From: a virus
Taxonomy: Duplodnaviria > Caudoviricetes
Virus record (IMG/VR): IMGVR_UViG_3300042465_006702
Location: 936-64,935 of that record
Reading direction: 5' to 3' (one strand)
DNA: 64,000 bases
Under the pieces are notes generated by a model. That model saw only the letters and a program-made list of their open reading frames with translations, did no database searches and was not told where the DNA came from. Made by a program: the position numbers and the translations under genes. Position 1 is the stretch's first letter. Each line of letters opens with the position of its first letter. Below are positions 29,229 through 39,758 of the stretch, in pieces.

Positions 29229-30448
29229 ATTGTTTGAATTGTTGGAAATAAAATAATAAAATTACCAGTATATCCATCGTTTCTTAAAGATTCAATAATA
29301 ACATCTTTGAAATTATGTGCTAATATTAAAATATAATCAACTTTGTTATTTTTTAAGTATTCTCTACTTTTAATTTGAATACCTGTTCCTGGTATAAACT
29401 TATCTTGTTTTAAATCGGTATCATCAATTACTACATCCAATATCGTATGGTCTATCTTTGCACTATTTAAAAATATACATCCCTTTGCAGCTGCTCCAAA
29501 TCCTATAATATTATTATTTGCATTTTTACAAGCTTGCAACATAATTTTACAATCCGATATATGTTCTTCGATTACTTCACCCCAATCTTTATAATATTTT
29601 TGGTCTATTGATTGTTCTTCATTTATAATTTTTTGAACACCATTACAAACATCCCAATCTCCTTTTTTAGAAATTAATAATCTCAATGTTCCACCATGAA
29701 TTGGATACTTAACTGCTTTTATTATTTCTAAACCAAACTTATCAAATAATTGTTTAAGTGGTTCTATCAAATAGAAATAAACATGCTCATGGTATATTTG
29801 GTCAAATTGTAAAGTTTGCATATTTGTTTTCCAATAAGGAAATTCCAAACACCAAATACCCTTCTCATCCAAACTCATTGATATTGCTTCTACAAAATCT
29901 ATTATCGGTGGAGTGTGTTGAAATACATTTGTAGATGTAATTAATTTAAATTTTCTATTTAATTTTTTTGCTGTTTCCGTTCCCCAAAATGCATTATAAG
30001 TTGGAATACCTTTTGATTCACTCAATTTTGTAAGGTTTTCCGATGCATCTACATTTAATACATTTAAATACGATTTCTTTTCTAAAAATGAATGTAATAA
30101 TGTTCCATCATTTCCACCAATATCTAATAGATTATCATTTTCTTTTAAATTTAAATAAGTGTCTACAAACCAAAACATTTCTTTACAATGGTCTGCATAT
30201 GCTTTTACAACACCCGATTTATATGAGTATTGTGAGAACATTAGATTTGGGTCTACATTTTCAGTAAGACATGATAATTTACTTTTATTAAAATATTGAA
30301 CTGCCAATTTATATTTTGGTGAATTAAACGAATCTTCTCTGGTATCAGATAAATTATTTACCAATGGCATTTCACCCAAATCAATATAGGTAAATCTTTC
30401 CGAATCATTTGTGATTGGACAATTTGTAACTTCTGTAACTTCTTTCAT
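29225..30448 (-). CDS. NDP-sugar C-methyltransferase
   Basis: DLGEMPLVN, DIGGNDGTLL, FDQIYHEH, IHGGTLR, FGAAAKG. Confidence 0.88.
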   Translation of the reverse strand: MKEVTEVTNCPITNDSERFTYIDLGEMPLVNNLSDTREDSFNSPKYKLAVQYFNKSKLSCLTENVDPNLMFSQYSYKSGVVKAYADHCKEMFWFVDTYLNLKENDNLLDIGGNDGTLLHSFLEKKSYLNVLNVDASENLTKLSESKGIPTYNAFWGTETAKKLNRKFKLITSTNVFQHTPPIIDFVEAISMSLDEKGIWCLEFPYWKTNMQTLQFDQIYHEHVYFYLIEPLKQLFDKFGLEIIKAVKYPIHGGTLRLLISKKGDWDVCNGVQKIINEEQSIDQKYYKDWGEVIEEHISDCKIMLQACKNANNNIIGFGAAAKGCIFLNSAKIDHTILDVVIDDTDLKQDKFIPGTGIQIKSREYLKNNKVDYILILAHNFKDVIIESLRNDGYTGNFIILFPTIQTI

Positions 30449-31114
30449 CTATTTTAAATATTCATTTATTAAAGTTTCTACTGCGTATGGTGCTTCATGT
30501 TTACATTCAAATATAGATTGTAAATTTCCATTTGGATTTGAACCTATAAAAAATTCTACCGATAATGAATTTTGTGCACCTAACATTTCTTTGTTATAAA
30601 GGTAATCTTCATTTAATGTTCTTATATATTTTGATGTCGACCACCAATAAGTTCCACTAAAATGTGGATAATATCCAACATATGTATCTTTTCTTAAATT
30701 AGACCCAACTGCGTCTGCTCCACCATCCAATAATTCAATACATTCTTTATGTCTATACATAAGATTATAATCCATACTCCATCTCCACAATGTGTTATTG
30801 TATCCCGTATTGGATACTGCCTTTGTATGAAAATACATAACATATGCATCATCTTCTTTACAAAAGTCCATAACATTTCTCATAGTAGATTTTTCAGCTT
30901 CGTTTGAATCGTGCACTATAAATACACACTTTGGATATGAAATCAATAAATTAGTAAACCAGTTTGTGTTTTCTTCTGATGGTGATATTATACCAATGTA
31001 TATTTTATCCACTTCATTATATAATCCTGATGTTACCAATTTCATAAGTTGTTCTTGTACAACCAATTTGTATTCGTTAATCAGATATGTATGCCAAAAA
31101 ATAACCTTACGCAT
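30449..31114 (-). CDS. glycan-biosynthesis protein (HTK/SGxxWW family), paralog of 38167..38826
   Basis: YFHTKA..WR..M..HFSGTYWW. Confidence 0.6.
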   Translation of the reverse strand: MRKVIFWHTYLINEYKLVVQEQLMKLVTSGLYNEVDKIYIGIISPSEENTNWFTNLLISYPKCVFIVHDSNEAEKSTMRNVMDFCKEDDAYVMYFHTKAVSNTGYNNTLWRWSMDYNLMYRHKECIELLDGGADAVGSNLRKDTYVGYYPHFSGTYWWSTSKYIRTLNEDYLYNKEMLGAQNSLSVEFFIGSNPNGNLQSIFECKHEAPYAVETLINEYLK

Positions 31115-31691
31115 TTATAATATTCTTTATTTTATTATATTTTTCTTCCGATTTAGTTAAAATTCCTAATCCCGCAGAACCTGTATGTATTAATTTATAT
31201 CCATCACAATCTGCAAAAAATACACCAACTGTTTCAGGAAAAGATTCTACATCATGAAACAAAATGATTGCATCATCATTACAAAATCCTATCCAATTAT
31301 CAAAATCACCTTTAACTGCTTCATATGAATGAAATCCGTCAATGTGTAATATGTCAATTTTTTTATCCCAAGTTTTTGATGCTTCTGCAAAATCACTTTT
31401 AATAAATTCTATATTTGAAACACCAAAATTCTTTATGATATGTTGATACAAATCATCTACCAAATTTAATGTATCTCTATGGCCGGCGTGGTCATCACCT
31501 TGAAACCAATCAATACCATATACATTACCGATTTGTGGATATCCAAAGCAAAATGTTGAAAAACCATAATCAACTCCCAAGTCTACTACAACTTCGGGAT
31601 TAAATGTTTCTACTAATTCCATAGCCAATAATCCATGACCTTTCCATGCTGAATCATGTCTCAGCAATGTTTCAATGTATCTATTTTTCAT
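31107..31691 (-). CDS. class I SAM methyltransferase (Methyltransf_24-like)
   Basis: VDLGVDYGFS, LHIDGFHSYEAV, FHD. Confidence 0.85.
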   Translation of the reverse strand: MKNRYIETLLRHDSAWKGHGLLAMELVETFNPEVVVDLGVDYGFSTFCFGYPQIGNVYGIDWFQGDDHAGHRDTLNLVDDLYQHIIKNFGVSNIEFIKSDFAEASKTWDKKIDILHIDGFHSYEAVKGDFDNWIGFCNDDAIILFHDVESFPETVGVFFADCDGYKLIHTGSAGLGILTKSEEKYNKIKNIINA

Positions 31692-32382
31692 TTTCGTTTA
31701 ATATTATTTCTTCTAATTTATATGGTAATAAAGAAAAATTCAATGGTTCTACTTTTGTAACATTTTTAACTATGTTTAAAAATTCAAACCAATTAAAATG
31801 ATTTGTTTCACCACCAGGAATTATCTTTGTATTTTTTATATAATCAATTGTATATTTAAAAAAATCTATATAAATTGATTTCATTGCATTTGCAGTACCA
31901 ACCATAATATTATCATCAAATTTTTGATGACCTTGCCAATGATTTCCTGCTGCATATAGTAAATTGATATCTTTATTTGATTTTATAAAATCTATGAACA
32001 TATCAACATTGTGTAACTCTATATCCATTCTTGCCTTTATAATAAAATCGTAATCCGATTTCAATGCTTCCGAAAAAATGGTGATTGTTTGGAATCCACT
32101 AGTCACTGCATATGCTTGCTGCATTGCATGGTAGGATTGTGTTTCATATGTTGAATCGACTGGTATTAAATCAATAAATTTATGTGGATTTGAGACTTTA
32201 ATTTCTTTTGGTTGAAAATCTTCAATCAATCCATTTATATCAATAAAGTTTCTACCTCTATCTTCACCATACCAAGTTTGAATAAACACATCTGCGTTTA
32301 ATTCTTTAATTACTTTTTGCCATTGGTCTAATACTTTTTTGTATTTTCTAGGTTGACCATAAAAGCATATAGCTATTTTCAT
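31681..32382 (-). CDS. putative glycan-biosynthesis protein
   Basis: IAICFYGQPR, DVFIQTW, YDFIIKARMD. Confidence 0.55.
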   Translation of the reverse strand: MKIAICFYGQPRKYKKVLDQWQKVIKELNADVFIQTWYGEDRGRNFIDINGLIEDFQPKEIKVSNPHKFIDLIPVDSTYETQSYHAMQQAYAVTSGFQTITIFSEALKSDYDFIIKARMDIELHNVDMFIDFIKSNKDINLLYAAGNHWQGHQKFDDNIMVGTANAMKSIYIDFFKYTIDYIKNTKIIPGGETNHFNWFEFLNIVKNVTKVEPLNFSLLPYKLEEIILNENEK

Positions 32383-32819
32383 ATTAATTCTTTATATTTT
32401 AATATTTCATCCGTACAAATTCCGTAACAAACTGATAAATCGCCACCATACCCCCATTCAGGCATACAACATATTGAATCCTTTAATAATTCTTTTCCTG
32501 GATATACCCAAATCATACCATTTGATATTAGTGTATAATCATCATTTGCATGCCAAAAATATTTAACATTATTCCATTTATTAAAACGTTCCAATGCCGC
32601 TGCGTTTTTGCAGTGTAACCACAACTTTGGATTAAAAAAATAATCACTATTTACTTTGTATTGTGGTTCATCGTGTCCCAAATACCATCCATCTGTTGTA
32701 AACCACACATCAACTTCAACATCATATCCTTCTTTAATAGCTTCTTCTATATAATCAGGATGATTTTCTCTACTTGGAATTCTACCATCAATATTTCCTC
32801 TATGTGATATTAATACCAT
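32379..32819 (-). CDS. GDPD/PLC-like phosphodiesterase domain protein
   Basis: ISHRGN, EN, DVEVDVW, LGHD, WLHCKN, GICTD. Confidence 0.75.
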   Translation of the reverse strand: MVLISHRGNIDGRIPSRENHPDYIEEAIKEGYDVEVDVWFTTDGWYLGHDEPQYKVNSDYFFNPKLWLHCKNAAALERFNKWNNVKYFWHANDDYTLISNGMIWVYPGKELLKDSICCMPEWGYGGDLSVCYGICTDEILKYKELI

Positions 32820-34183
32820 TATTTATAATTTTCTAAATAATAATTTAAATCTTCAGGAGTTCCTAGTCCCCACATTTTATCAATATGAAATGGTTTTATT
32901 TTTTTACCATCTCCAATCGCTTCATTATAAACAGGACTAACATAAAATTCATTATTAGTTCTGATATTCTTTTCAATCATTTGCTCTGCATATTTAACAT
33001 ATTCACTTCCCTTTGCCCAATAATAGATTCCAACGATTGCTATATCAGAAATTGGATTCTTTTCTGCCAATTCGGTAGCATATCCGTTTTCATTCACTTT
33101 AGTAAATGACCATTTTGGATGTGTTGCTTTAAAAGTTAAAAACCCACCATCTACCTTTTGTTCATTCATCTTATACATAAACTCATTTGAATCCCATTCT
33201 ACAAATTGGTCAGAGTTTGCCATCAATAACGGAGAATCATTATCAATGTATTCTTTTGCCAATAGAGTTGTACACGCAGCTCCTTCGGTCAAACCATCTA
33301 CTTCAACAATTTTACATCCAGGTGTAATTAAATTTAATAACGTATCCAAATTATACTTTGCTCTATGTTCCTTTTGAACCACATAAATATAATTTGCCTC
33401 TATGTTAAGATTTTCAATAACCAACTGAATCATTGGTTTTCCTTTTACATCAATTAACGGTTTAGGAAATGTATATCCTGCTTGCTGAAATCTATTTCCT
33501 GCTCCTGCCATTGGGATAAGTATGTTTAACTTACCACCCTGCCATTTTGGTGTATTCATATTTTCTTTTGTTTTTTCTAATTTACTAATAATTTTTGATA
33601 ATACCAAATCTAATGGATTATCTACTCTTAAAACATTTGCTCTACTTCTACTTGCGGCCAATAAGCCCGGTGGAGAATCTTCAACAATAAGCGTTTCTTC
33701 TGGTAACACACTCATCATACTCATTGCCTTCCAATACATTTCAGGATGCGGTTTAGAGTTCTTTACATCCTCATTAGAAAGAATTAAATCCATATACTCA
33801 ATTAATCCTATCTTCGATAATATTACCAATACAGACCTTCTAATTGAGTTTGAGCAACATGCTAACTTATATCCTCTATTTCTTAATTCTTTAAATATTT
33901 CAATTAACCTATTATCGGATTTTAAATGTGTTATGGCTTCAATTGTTAGCTGTTGTTTTCTACTCCAAATTTGTTCGTAAAATTCAGTAGATAATCCTTT
34001 ATTCTTTGTAAGTAATTCTAATTTTTGTGTTGTTTTTAAACCATCGTATGTAGAAAGATGTTCCGCTTCTGTTATAACGTATTTAACATCTATTTCTTTT
34101 AATGCTTCATTAAAAGTTTCGTAGTGTATTTGCTTTGCCTCTACCAATACACCGTCCATATCAAAAATTATCAATTTAATCAT
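32819..34183 (-). CDS. HAD phosphatase fused to sugar-phosphate nucleotidyltransferase
   Basis: FDMDGVL..KPHP..VEDS; IPMAGAGNRF..PKPLI, EKNPIS, LGTPEDL. Confidence 0.85.
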   Translation of the reverse strand: MIKLIIFDMDGVLVEAKQIHYETFNEALKEIDVKYVITEAEHLSTYDGLKTTQKLELLTKNKGLSTEFYEQIWSRKQQLTIEAITHLKSDNRLIEIFKELRNRGYKLACCSNSIRRSVLVILSKIGLIEYMDLILSNEDVKNSKPHPEMYWKAMSMMSVLPEETLIVEDSPPGLLAASRSRANVLRVDNPLDLVLSKIISKLEKTKENMNTPKWQGGKLNILIPMAGAGNRFQQAGYTFPKPLIDVKGKPMIQLVIENLNIEANYIYVVQKEHRAKYNLDTLLNLITPGCKIVEVDGLTEGAACTTLLAKEYIDNDSPLLMANSDQFVEWDSNEFMYKMNEQKVDGGFLTFKATHPKWSFTKVNENGYATELAEKNPISDIAIVGIYYWAKGSEYVKYAEQMIEKNIRTNNEFYVSPVYNEAIGDGKKIKPFHIDKMWGLGTPEDLNYYLENYK

Positions 34184-35604
34184 AACCTATATTTTTCTGC
34201 CTCTATACTTTTTAAATATTGAATATCTTCTTTTTCTAATTGTTTTATTTTTCCTATCTTATTTCCAAAATAGTTTATGTAATTATTTGCAGCAATGGTT
34301 TCATCATCTGATAGAACAACGGAATCGGGCCAACTATAAATTTCTAATTGATTTTTATTTACCCAATCAATTGAAAATTCTTCAAAATTTTTTATATTTT
34401 CTTTTAAATAATCTTTTACTTTTTTATTAATTAATGTAATATAATAAATTGTATCATAACAATCATCCAATGATACAATCAATCCGTGATTTTCTAAAAA
34501 AATAATATTTTTTAAATTTTCTGTTGTTAAAATTTTTTTTGTTAATTCGTATCCAGGGTTATAATATTGAATAAAGTCATATTCAAAAATACCATTAAAT
34601 AATTTATCAATCAATTCCTTTGAATTTTCTAAACAAAGAACACAATTCAAATAAATTGGATGAAGATGAAATACATATTTTTTAAATATGGTGTGAAATC
34701 CTGTTTCCATTGATGGTTTTTTGTATATAGAATTTTTAGTTGAATCTACTAAATAATTATGCAATTCCGTTTCACTATCAATTTTATTAATATTAAAATT
34801 TTTATAGTTTATTATAGAATACCCATCGGAATATGAAACGTTTTTTATTTTTTCTCCACTTGCTTTTATAACTAATTTATCAAATAATTTTACTGATATA
34901 TTTCCACCTTTTGATTGTACTAATGGTAAGCTATCACCAATAGTTTTATTTATCCATTCAAATTGATATAATTCTTTGTGTAATTTTTTTATGAAATCAA
35001 ATAGTAAATAATCAACATCCTTTTTACATTGTATTTCTATATCAGAACCTCTTTTTATTTTTATAATAACATCTGCTTTTTCTAATTGAACTGATTTTAT
35101 ATTTTCCGAATCTTTTTTTCTCCTTTCAATTAAATCAATTACATCATCCTTTTTATATCCTCTTTCTCCGGTATCTCTTTTTATTTTTAAATCTATTCTA
35201 AAATCTTCTTCTATATCAATGTATATTTTAAGGTCTGATAGGGTTTCTGAACCTATTGTATAGAATGCGTGCAATCCTTCATTTATGATATATTTGTTTG
35301 GGTGAATTGTAAGTATATCACCGAACTTTCCTGTAGTGTGGTTATATTTTTTTCTTAATACCTTTACACCTTCTCTTAAACTTAATAATTGCAAATCACC
35401 AAGTTTTAAATTATTAGCATCAGGATTTAAATGTGTAAATATTTCCCAATTAGTATCCCCTCTTTCCCACTTATGTAAATCATCACCGGATATTAACGTA
35501 CAATTTTCATACCCATAGTATAATCGAATAAAATTTGATATTGTTGATTTGCCTGATCCTGAATCTCCTGCAATACTGATTATGTAGGGTTTATCTTTTA
35601 CCAT
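34180..35604 (-). CDS. phosphoribulokinase/uridine-kinase-like domain fused to class II aldolase-like domain
   Basis: IAGDSGSGKST, DDLH, EGLH; GGNISVK, KASG, PSMETGFH, HLH, LENHG; start moved to ATG 35604. Confidence 0.78.
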   Translation of the reverse strand: MVKDKPYIISIAGDSGSGKSTISNFIRLYYGYENCTLISGDDLHKWERGDTNWEIFTHLNPDANNLKLGDLQLLSLREGVKVLRKKYNHTTGKFGDILTIHPNKYIINEGLHAFYTIGSETLSDLKIYIDIEEDFRIDLKIKRDTGERGYKKDDVIDLIERRKKDSENIKSVQLEKADVIIKIKRGSDIEIQCKKDVDYLLFDFIKKLHKELYQFEWINKTIGDSLPLVQSKGGNISVKLFDKLVIKASGEKIKNVSYSDGYSIINYKNFNINKIDSETELHNYLVDSTKNSIYKKPSMETGFHTIFKKYVFHLHPIYLNCVLCLENSKELIDKLFNGIFEYDFIQYYNPGYELTKKILTTENLKNIIFLENHGLIVSLDDCYDTIYYITLINKKVKDYLKENIKNFEEFSIDWVNKNQLEIYSWPDSVVLSDDETIAANNYINYFGNKIGKIKQLEKEDIQYLKSIEAEKYRL

Positions 35605-36334
35605 ATTTTTCCCAATCGTTGTGCATGAATAAACCATAAGCTTGTCCAACATTATAATTTTGCTGTGCCCACCACTTACTGATGTTTCCTTCTAAACCAA
35701 TACCCTCGCCCGCAAATGGTCTAACAACATCCAAATAAAATTGTTTCTTATAAAGACATGGGTTGTTTGTCCAATTACCATATCTAGATGTTGTATAAAA
35801 CATTTCTTCCGTCTTTTTTATTTTATCAGGAAAATCCACAGATGGGTCACACCAATGAATTGAATCTAATAAATGTGGTGATGTGCATCCGATTTCCTCA
35901 TCATAATAAGTTAGTTCTTTTCCAATGTGTCTAAAAGAAAAATGTGGATATCCTGGATTTTCTCTATGTCTTAATCTTACCACATCTAACCCATTTTCTA
36001 TTGCCTCAATACTTCTTTTGAGTGTCCAATGAGTTACTTCCTTATTTTCTATTAAATTCCAATCATGCTCCAATACTAGAACGTATTCCGATTGTGCATT
36101 TTCTGTTAATTTAATAAATGCTTTACCTATTCCAATATTAGAATTCATTCCTATAACATCTAATCCAAAATGTTTTGCAATTTGATAATCTTGCTCATTA
36201 AATTCTTGAAATAGAATTGTAACATCATTTACCATATCAAATAATCCATTTTCGTAATATGTGGTTAAAGTATCTACTAATACTTGTCCACTATGCCAGG
36301 ATAATATTCCTATACTAATTGGTAGTTTTTCCAT
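35591..36334 (-). CDS. glycosyltransferase (GT-A fold)
   Basis: NIGIGKA, VLVLEHDW, WTNNP. Confidence 0.65.
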   Translation of the reverse strand: MEKLPISIGILSWHSGQVLVDTLTTYYENGLFDMVNDVTILFQEFNEQDYQIAKHFGLDVIGMNSNIGIGKAFIKLTENAQSEYVLVLEHDWNLIENKEVTHWTLKRSIEAIENGLDVVRLRHRENPGYPHFSFRHIGKELTYYDEEIGCTSPHLLDSIHWCDPSVDFPDKIKKTEEMFYTTSRYGNWTNNPCLYKKQFYLDVVRPFAGEGIGLEGNISKWWAQQNYNVGQAYGLFMHNDWEKYGKR

Positions 36335-36337
36335 AAT

Positions 36338-37330
36338 TTATTTTTTCCAAAATGAATAAATTCCTTTTTCTAATTCGTAGTTTTCCCAAACAAATCTTTT
36401 TCTATTTGGTTGTTTTTGTGCCCATTCCCACATTTTACTTAAGCCATCTTTTAATGATGTTTTATGTTCAAATCCTAAAATATCTACCGATTTTTGATGC
36501 GTTGGTATTGAATTTTTTACTTCATGTCTGCCTTCTTTGTAAACAACCTCACCATTAGTAATAACTTCCATCAATACTTTGTTTGCATCATTAATGCTCC
36601 ACTCTTCAACACCTCCCAAATTAATAATTTCTTTTGAAGCGTTTGGTTTTACTGCTGCGTTCCAAAGTGGTTCAAGTATATCATCAATATAACTAAATGC
36701 TCTTTTTTGCTCACCATCACCAAAAATTGTCATTGGTTCTCCGTTCATATATTGGTACATCCAAATACCTAATACATTACGATATCTATCCCAAATATTC
36801 TGTTTAATACCATAAACATTGTGTGGTCGTATAATACACCAATCAAGTCCGTGCTGTTCTCCTGCAATTTGTATATCCATTTCACATGCATATTTTGCCA
36901 CACCATATGGGTCGATTGGTTTCGGTACTTGTGTTTCATCAAAAATACCATAATCACCATGCCCATATACTGCTAAAGTTGATGTAAATACCAATCTTTT
37001 TACATTATACTTTATACAATTGTTTATGATTCTTGCAGTTGCCACTAAATTATTCTCATAATTATGTTGTCTGATAAATGGTGATAATCCTTCTGCTGCA
37101 TATGCAGCAAAGTGAAATACATAATCAAATCTATGAACATCAAATGCATTTTCAATTGGATGTTCAACTAAATTTTGTTGCCAAAATATTACTTTAGGGT
37201 TTACATTTTCTCTATATCCACCACTCAAATCATCAATACCAACTACTTCAACATCAGGTTGGTTTTCGATAATCCAATCGGCCAATCTACTACCCAATAG
37301 ACCCGCTACTCCTGTTATTAAAACTTTCAT
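36338..37330 (-). CDS. NAD-dependent NDP-sugar epimerase/dehydratase
   Basis: TGVAGLLG, YGVAK, RPHNVYG, GDGEQKRAF. Confidence 0.9.
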   Translation of the reverse strand: MKVLITGVAGLLGSRLADWIIENQPDVEVVGIDDLSGGYRENVNPKVIFWQQNLVEHPIENAFDVHRFDYVFHFAAYAAEGLSPFIRQHNYENNLVATARIINNCIKYNVKRLVFTSTLAVYGHGDYGIFDETQVPKPIDPYGVAKYACEMDIQIAGEQHGLDWCIIRPHNVYGIKQNIWDRYRNVLGIWMYQYMNGEPMTIFGDGEQKRAFSYIDDILEPLWNAAVKPNASKEIINLGGVEEWSINDANKVLMEVITNGEVVYKEGRHEVKNSIPTHQKSVDILGFEHKTSLKDGLSKMWEWAQKQPNRKRFVWENYELEKGIYSFWKK

Positions 37331-38177
37331 ATTCTTTTATTAATTTATCCACCACTTGAACCTGTGTGTAATTGTTTATAACTTTTTGCATCCCATTATA
37401 TGCAATTCTTTCTCTTTCTAATTCGTTTTCATTATAATAGTTTATTTTCTCAATACAATCGAACATATCGTTGTACAAAACTATTTCTTCACCTTCTACG
37501 AACAATTCATTTAATTTTGCTTCTTCCGGCAAACGGTCTGTTATAACCAATTTACCACATGCCATTCCTTCAAATAATCTTCTCGTTACCTCACCATATC
37601 TACTATTTTGAATTACCAGTAAACCACTATTCAAAAATTCCGTATGCTCTTTTGCATCCATTCCATTACGATTTCCAATAACTCCTTCTGCCCAATTTGT
37701 AAGATAATCTAAAAATTGTGAATTACCCGGTCCTCTACTCGTAACTCCAACATATTTTGGTTCTACATTCATTGGGAATTGAACTGCGGTATCTGCCCAA
37801 TGTGTTATCCATTCTGCATTTATTCCTCTTCTTTTGTATTCTTCACAAGCATTTGCTGCGGGTGTGATTGTGTAATGAAATCTATTTGCTTTTGGATAAT
37901 TTATTTCAAAATTTTGTGGGTCATCTCCACTCTCTTGTATCCAAAATGCCGGAACTAAATCTTTATTCAAATATTCCGAATCAAATCTACCCCAATCCAT
38001 AAACAATACAATATCAGTTTGTGGTTTAGAATCTATCCAATTTTTTAAATCAGTATCATTTGTTTTTATTATATCAACTTGCCAATCTCTTTTTTTAAAT
38101 TCATTTATCAAAGACATTGGTGTAGACCATTGTTCTCCATCTTTGTAATCGTATATGAATGTTATTTTATTTTGCAT
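37290..38177 (-). CDS. glycosyltransferase (GT-B, CgeB-like)
   Basis: DDPQ, RRLFEGMACGKLVITD, ERERIA..G. Confidence 0.8.
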   Translation of the reverse strand: MQNKITFIYDYKDGEQWSTPMSLINEFKKRDWQVDIIKTNDTDLKNWIDSKPQTDIVLFMDWGRFDSEYLNKDLVPAFWIQESGDDPQNFEINYPKANRFHYTITPAANACEEYKRRGINAEWITHWADTAVQFPMNVEPKYVGVTSRGPGNSQFLDYLTNWAEGVIGNRNGMDAKEHTEFLNSGLLVIQNSRYGEVTRRLFEGMACGKLVITDRLPEEAKLNELFVEGEEIVLYNDMFDCIEKINYYNENELERERIAYNGMQKVINNYTQVQVVDKLIKEYESFNNRSSGSIG

Positions 38178-38826
38178 ATTCTTCTCTTTTGAAATTTATT
38201 TCATAGTGATTTATATCCTTTACATCATATGGAGAAAATGGATTAAACTCTTTACCACTTTGTATATATTTAGTTTCTGCAGCAGCTCTATTTAACTTTA
38301 GACCTTCTAAATTTATACTTTTTATATAATTTCCCTTACCCCACCAAAAATTACCAGAATATAATTTACAATTTCCAACATAACTATATAAAACACCATA
38401 TGTATTAAATTCTGTTTTTTCAAATATTTTAAATACATTTTTTACTTTCTCTATATTAAAATAATTCATCAATCCTCTCCATGATTTTATGTTTTGATAT
38501 AACGAATCATGTTGTTTGGATGCACCCTTTGTGTGAAAGTAAAAAATATAATCATCATCTAAAAAATTATTTTTATCTTCTTCTATTAAATCCAAAGTTG
38601 TAAATTCATTTCCTTTGCAACGAATATCTCTAATTTTATAATTTGCTTTATTAAAAGCATAAATTTTTTCAATTACATTTTTTGAAGATATGTTTTCATT
38701 GGCTATTGAAATTCCAATATTTAACTTAAATGGAAAATCAAAATGTTTTTGTATTAAACCAATTTGTTCATCTATAATAGATTCAACACCTTCAATTGCG
38801 TATATGTGATAATAAACGTGTACCAT
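38167..38826 (-). CDS. glycan-biosynthesis protein (HTKG/SGNFWW family)
   Basis: EFTTL, YFHTKG, WR..M, YSGNFWW. Confidence 0.6.
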   Translation of the reverse strand: MVHVYYHIYAIEGVESIIDEQIGLIQKHFDFPFKLNIGISIANENISSKNVIEKIYAFNKANYKIRDIRCKGNEFTTLDLIEEDKNNFLDDDYIFYFHTKGASKQHDSLYQNIKSWRGLMNYFNIEKVKNVFKIFEKTEFNTYGVLYSYVGNCKLYSGNFWWGKGNYIKSINLEGLKLNRAAAETKYIQSGKEFNPFSPYDVKDINHYEINFKREEYAK

Positions 38827-39452
38827 TATAAAGTATCGTAATAATTGTTTTGTTTTTCTTGTCTATCTATCGTTTTGGGATGTCGTATACAATAAACTTC
38901 TTCTGCTGGAAAAGATGTGTAGTTTTGAAATCCAACAATTCTTTCGTGCACCTTTCCACTCCATCCAATTTTGTTGTGGTCATTTTTATATAAACGGGTT
39001 TGAACATCTGGAAAATTTACCCAGCCCTTTTCGTTTACATTCCATCCCCACTTTTGAATGTGAGCTTCTGTCAATCCTTCGACTGTGTTGATACGTGGGA
39101 CTACGATAAGGTCTTTATCCGTATTGTTATCTAAAATGTCTTCCAAATTTACAATAAGATTTGGGTCTAAATACTCATCTGCATCTAATTGAAATATCCA
39201 CTCACCTTTACATTGTGAGTTTAGTAGATTTTTCCATTGTGCAAAATCGTTATCAAATTCCGATTCTATTAAGGTTATTTTATCGGCGTTTGCTTGGAGT
39301 TCCAAATACTCCACCATTTCGGTAGGTGATTTTGGTGTATCTAAAAGTACAACTATTTCTGAATTTTCACCTTTGTAGTTTAATAGTTGTGTAACTAATC
39401 TTATAATTTCTTCGTGTTCATTACAAGCCGTTATTGCGTAACTTAATTTCAT
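38826..39452 (-). CDS. GT2 glycosyltransferase
   Basis: WIFQLDADE, VPRIN, FPD.Q.R, VHE. Confidence 0.85.
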   Translation of the reverse strand: MKLSYAITACNEHEEIIRLVTQLLNYKGENSEIVVLLDTPKSPTEMVEYLELQANADKITLIESEFDNDFAQWKNLLNSQCKGEWIFQLDADEYLDPNLIVNLEDILDNNTDKDLIVVPRINTVEGLTEAHIQKWGWNVNEKGWVNFPDVQTRLYKNDHNKIGWSGKVHERIVGFQNYTSFPAEEVYCIRHPKTIDRQEKQNNYYDTL

Positions 39453-39453
39453 A

Positions 39454-39756
39454 TTATTCTTTTATATCTTTATTTCCACCATTTGTATAACTCCATGCAG
39501 AACCGCTTGGGTATCCATATGTAGTTGATGTTGATGGATTGTATGTTGTAATAAATCCGGTAGTATAAGGTGATGTTGTAATTGTTCCGTTTGGAGTTCC
39601 CCACCCATCTACACCAATTGGGGTTCCTATCTTTGGTTCATCACTAACTTCTGCTAATTTTTCTTTTAAGTGGTCCCATTGTTTCGGTGTTATGTTAAAT
39701 TCATGTACACCTTCTGTAAATCCCCTTAACCAAATAACAAATTCTTTTGATGTCAT
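39454..39756 (-). CDS. hypothetical protein
   Basis: FVIWLRGF..TPKQW plus T/P-rich tail. Confidence 0.6.
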   Translation of the reverse strand: MTSKEFVIWLRGFTEGVHEFNITPKQWDHLKEKLAEVSDEPKIGTPIGVDGWGTPNGTITTSPYTTGFITTYNPSTSTTYGYPSGSAWSYTNGGNKDIKE

Positions 39757-39758
39757 AA

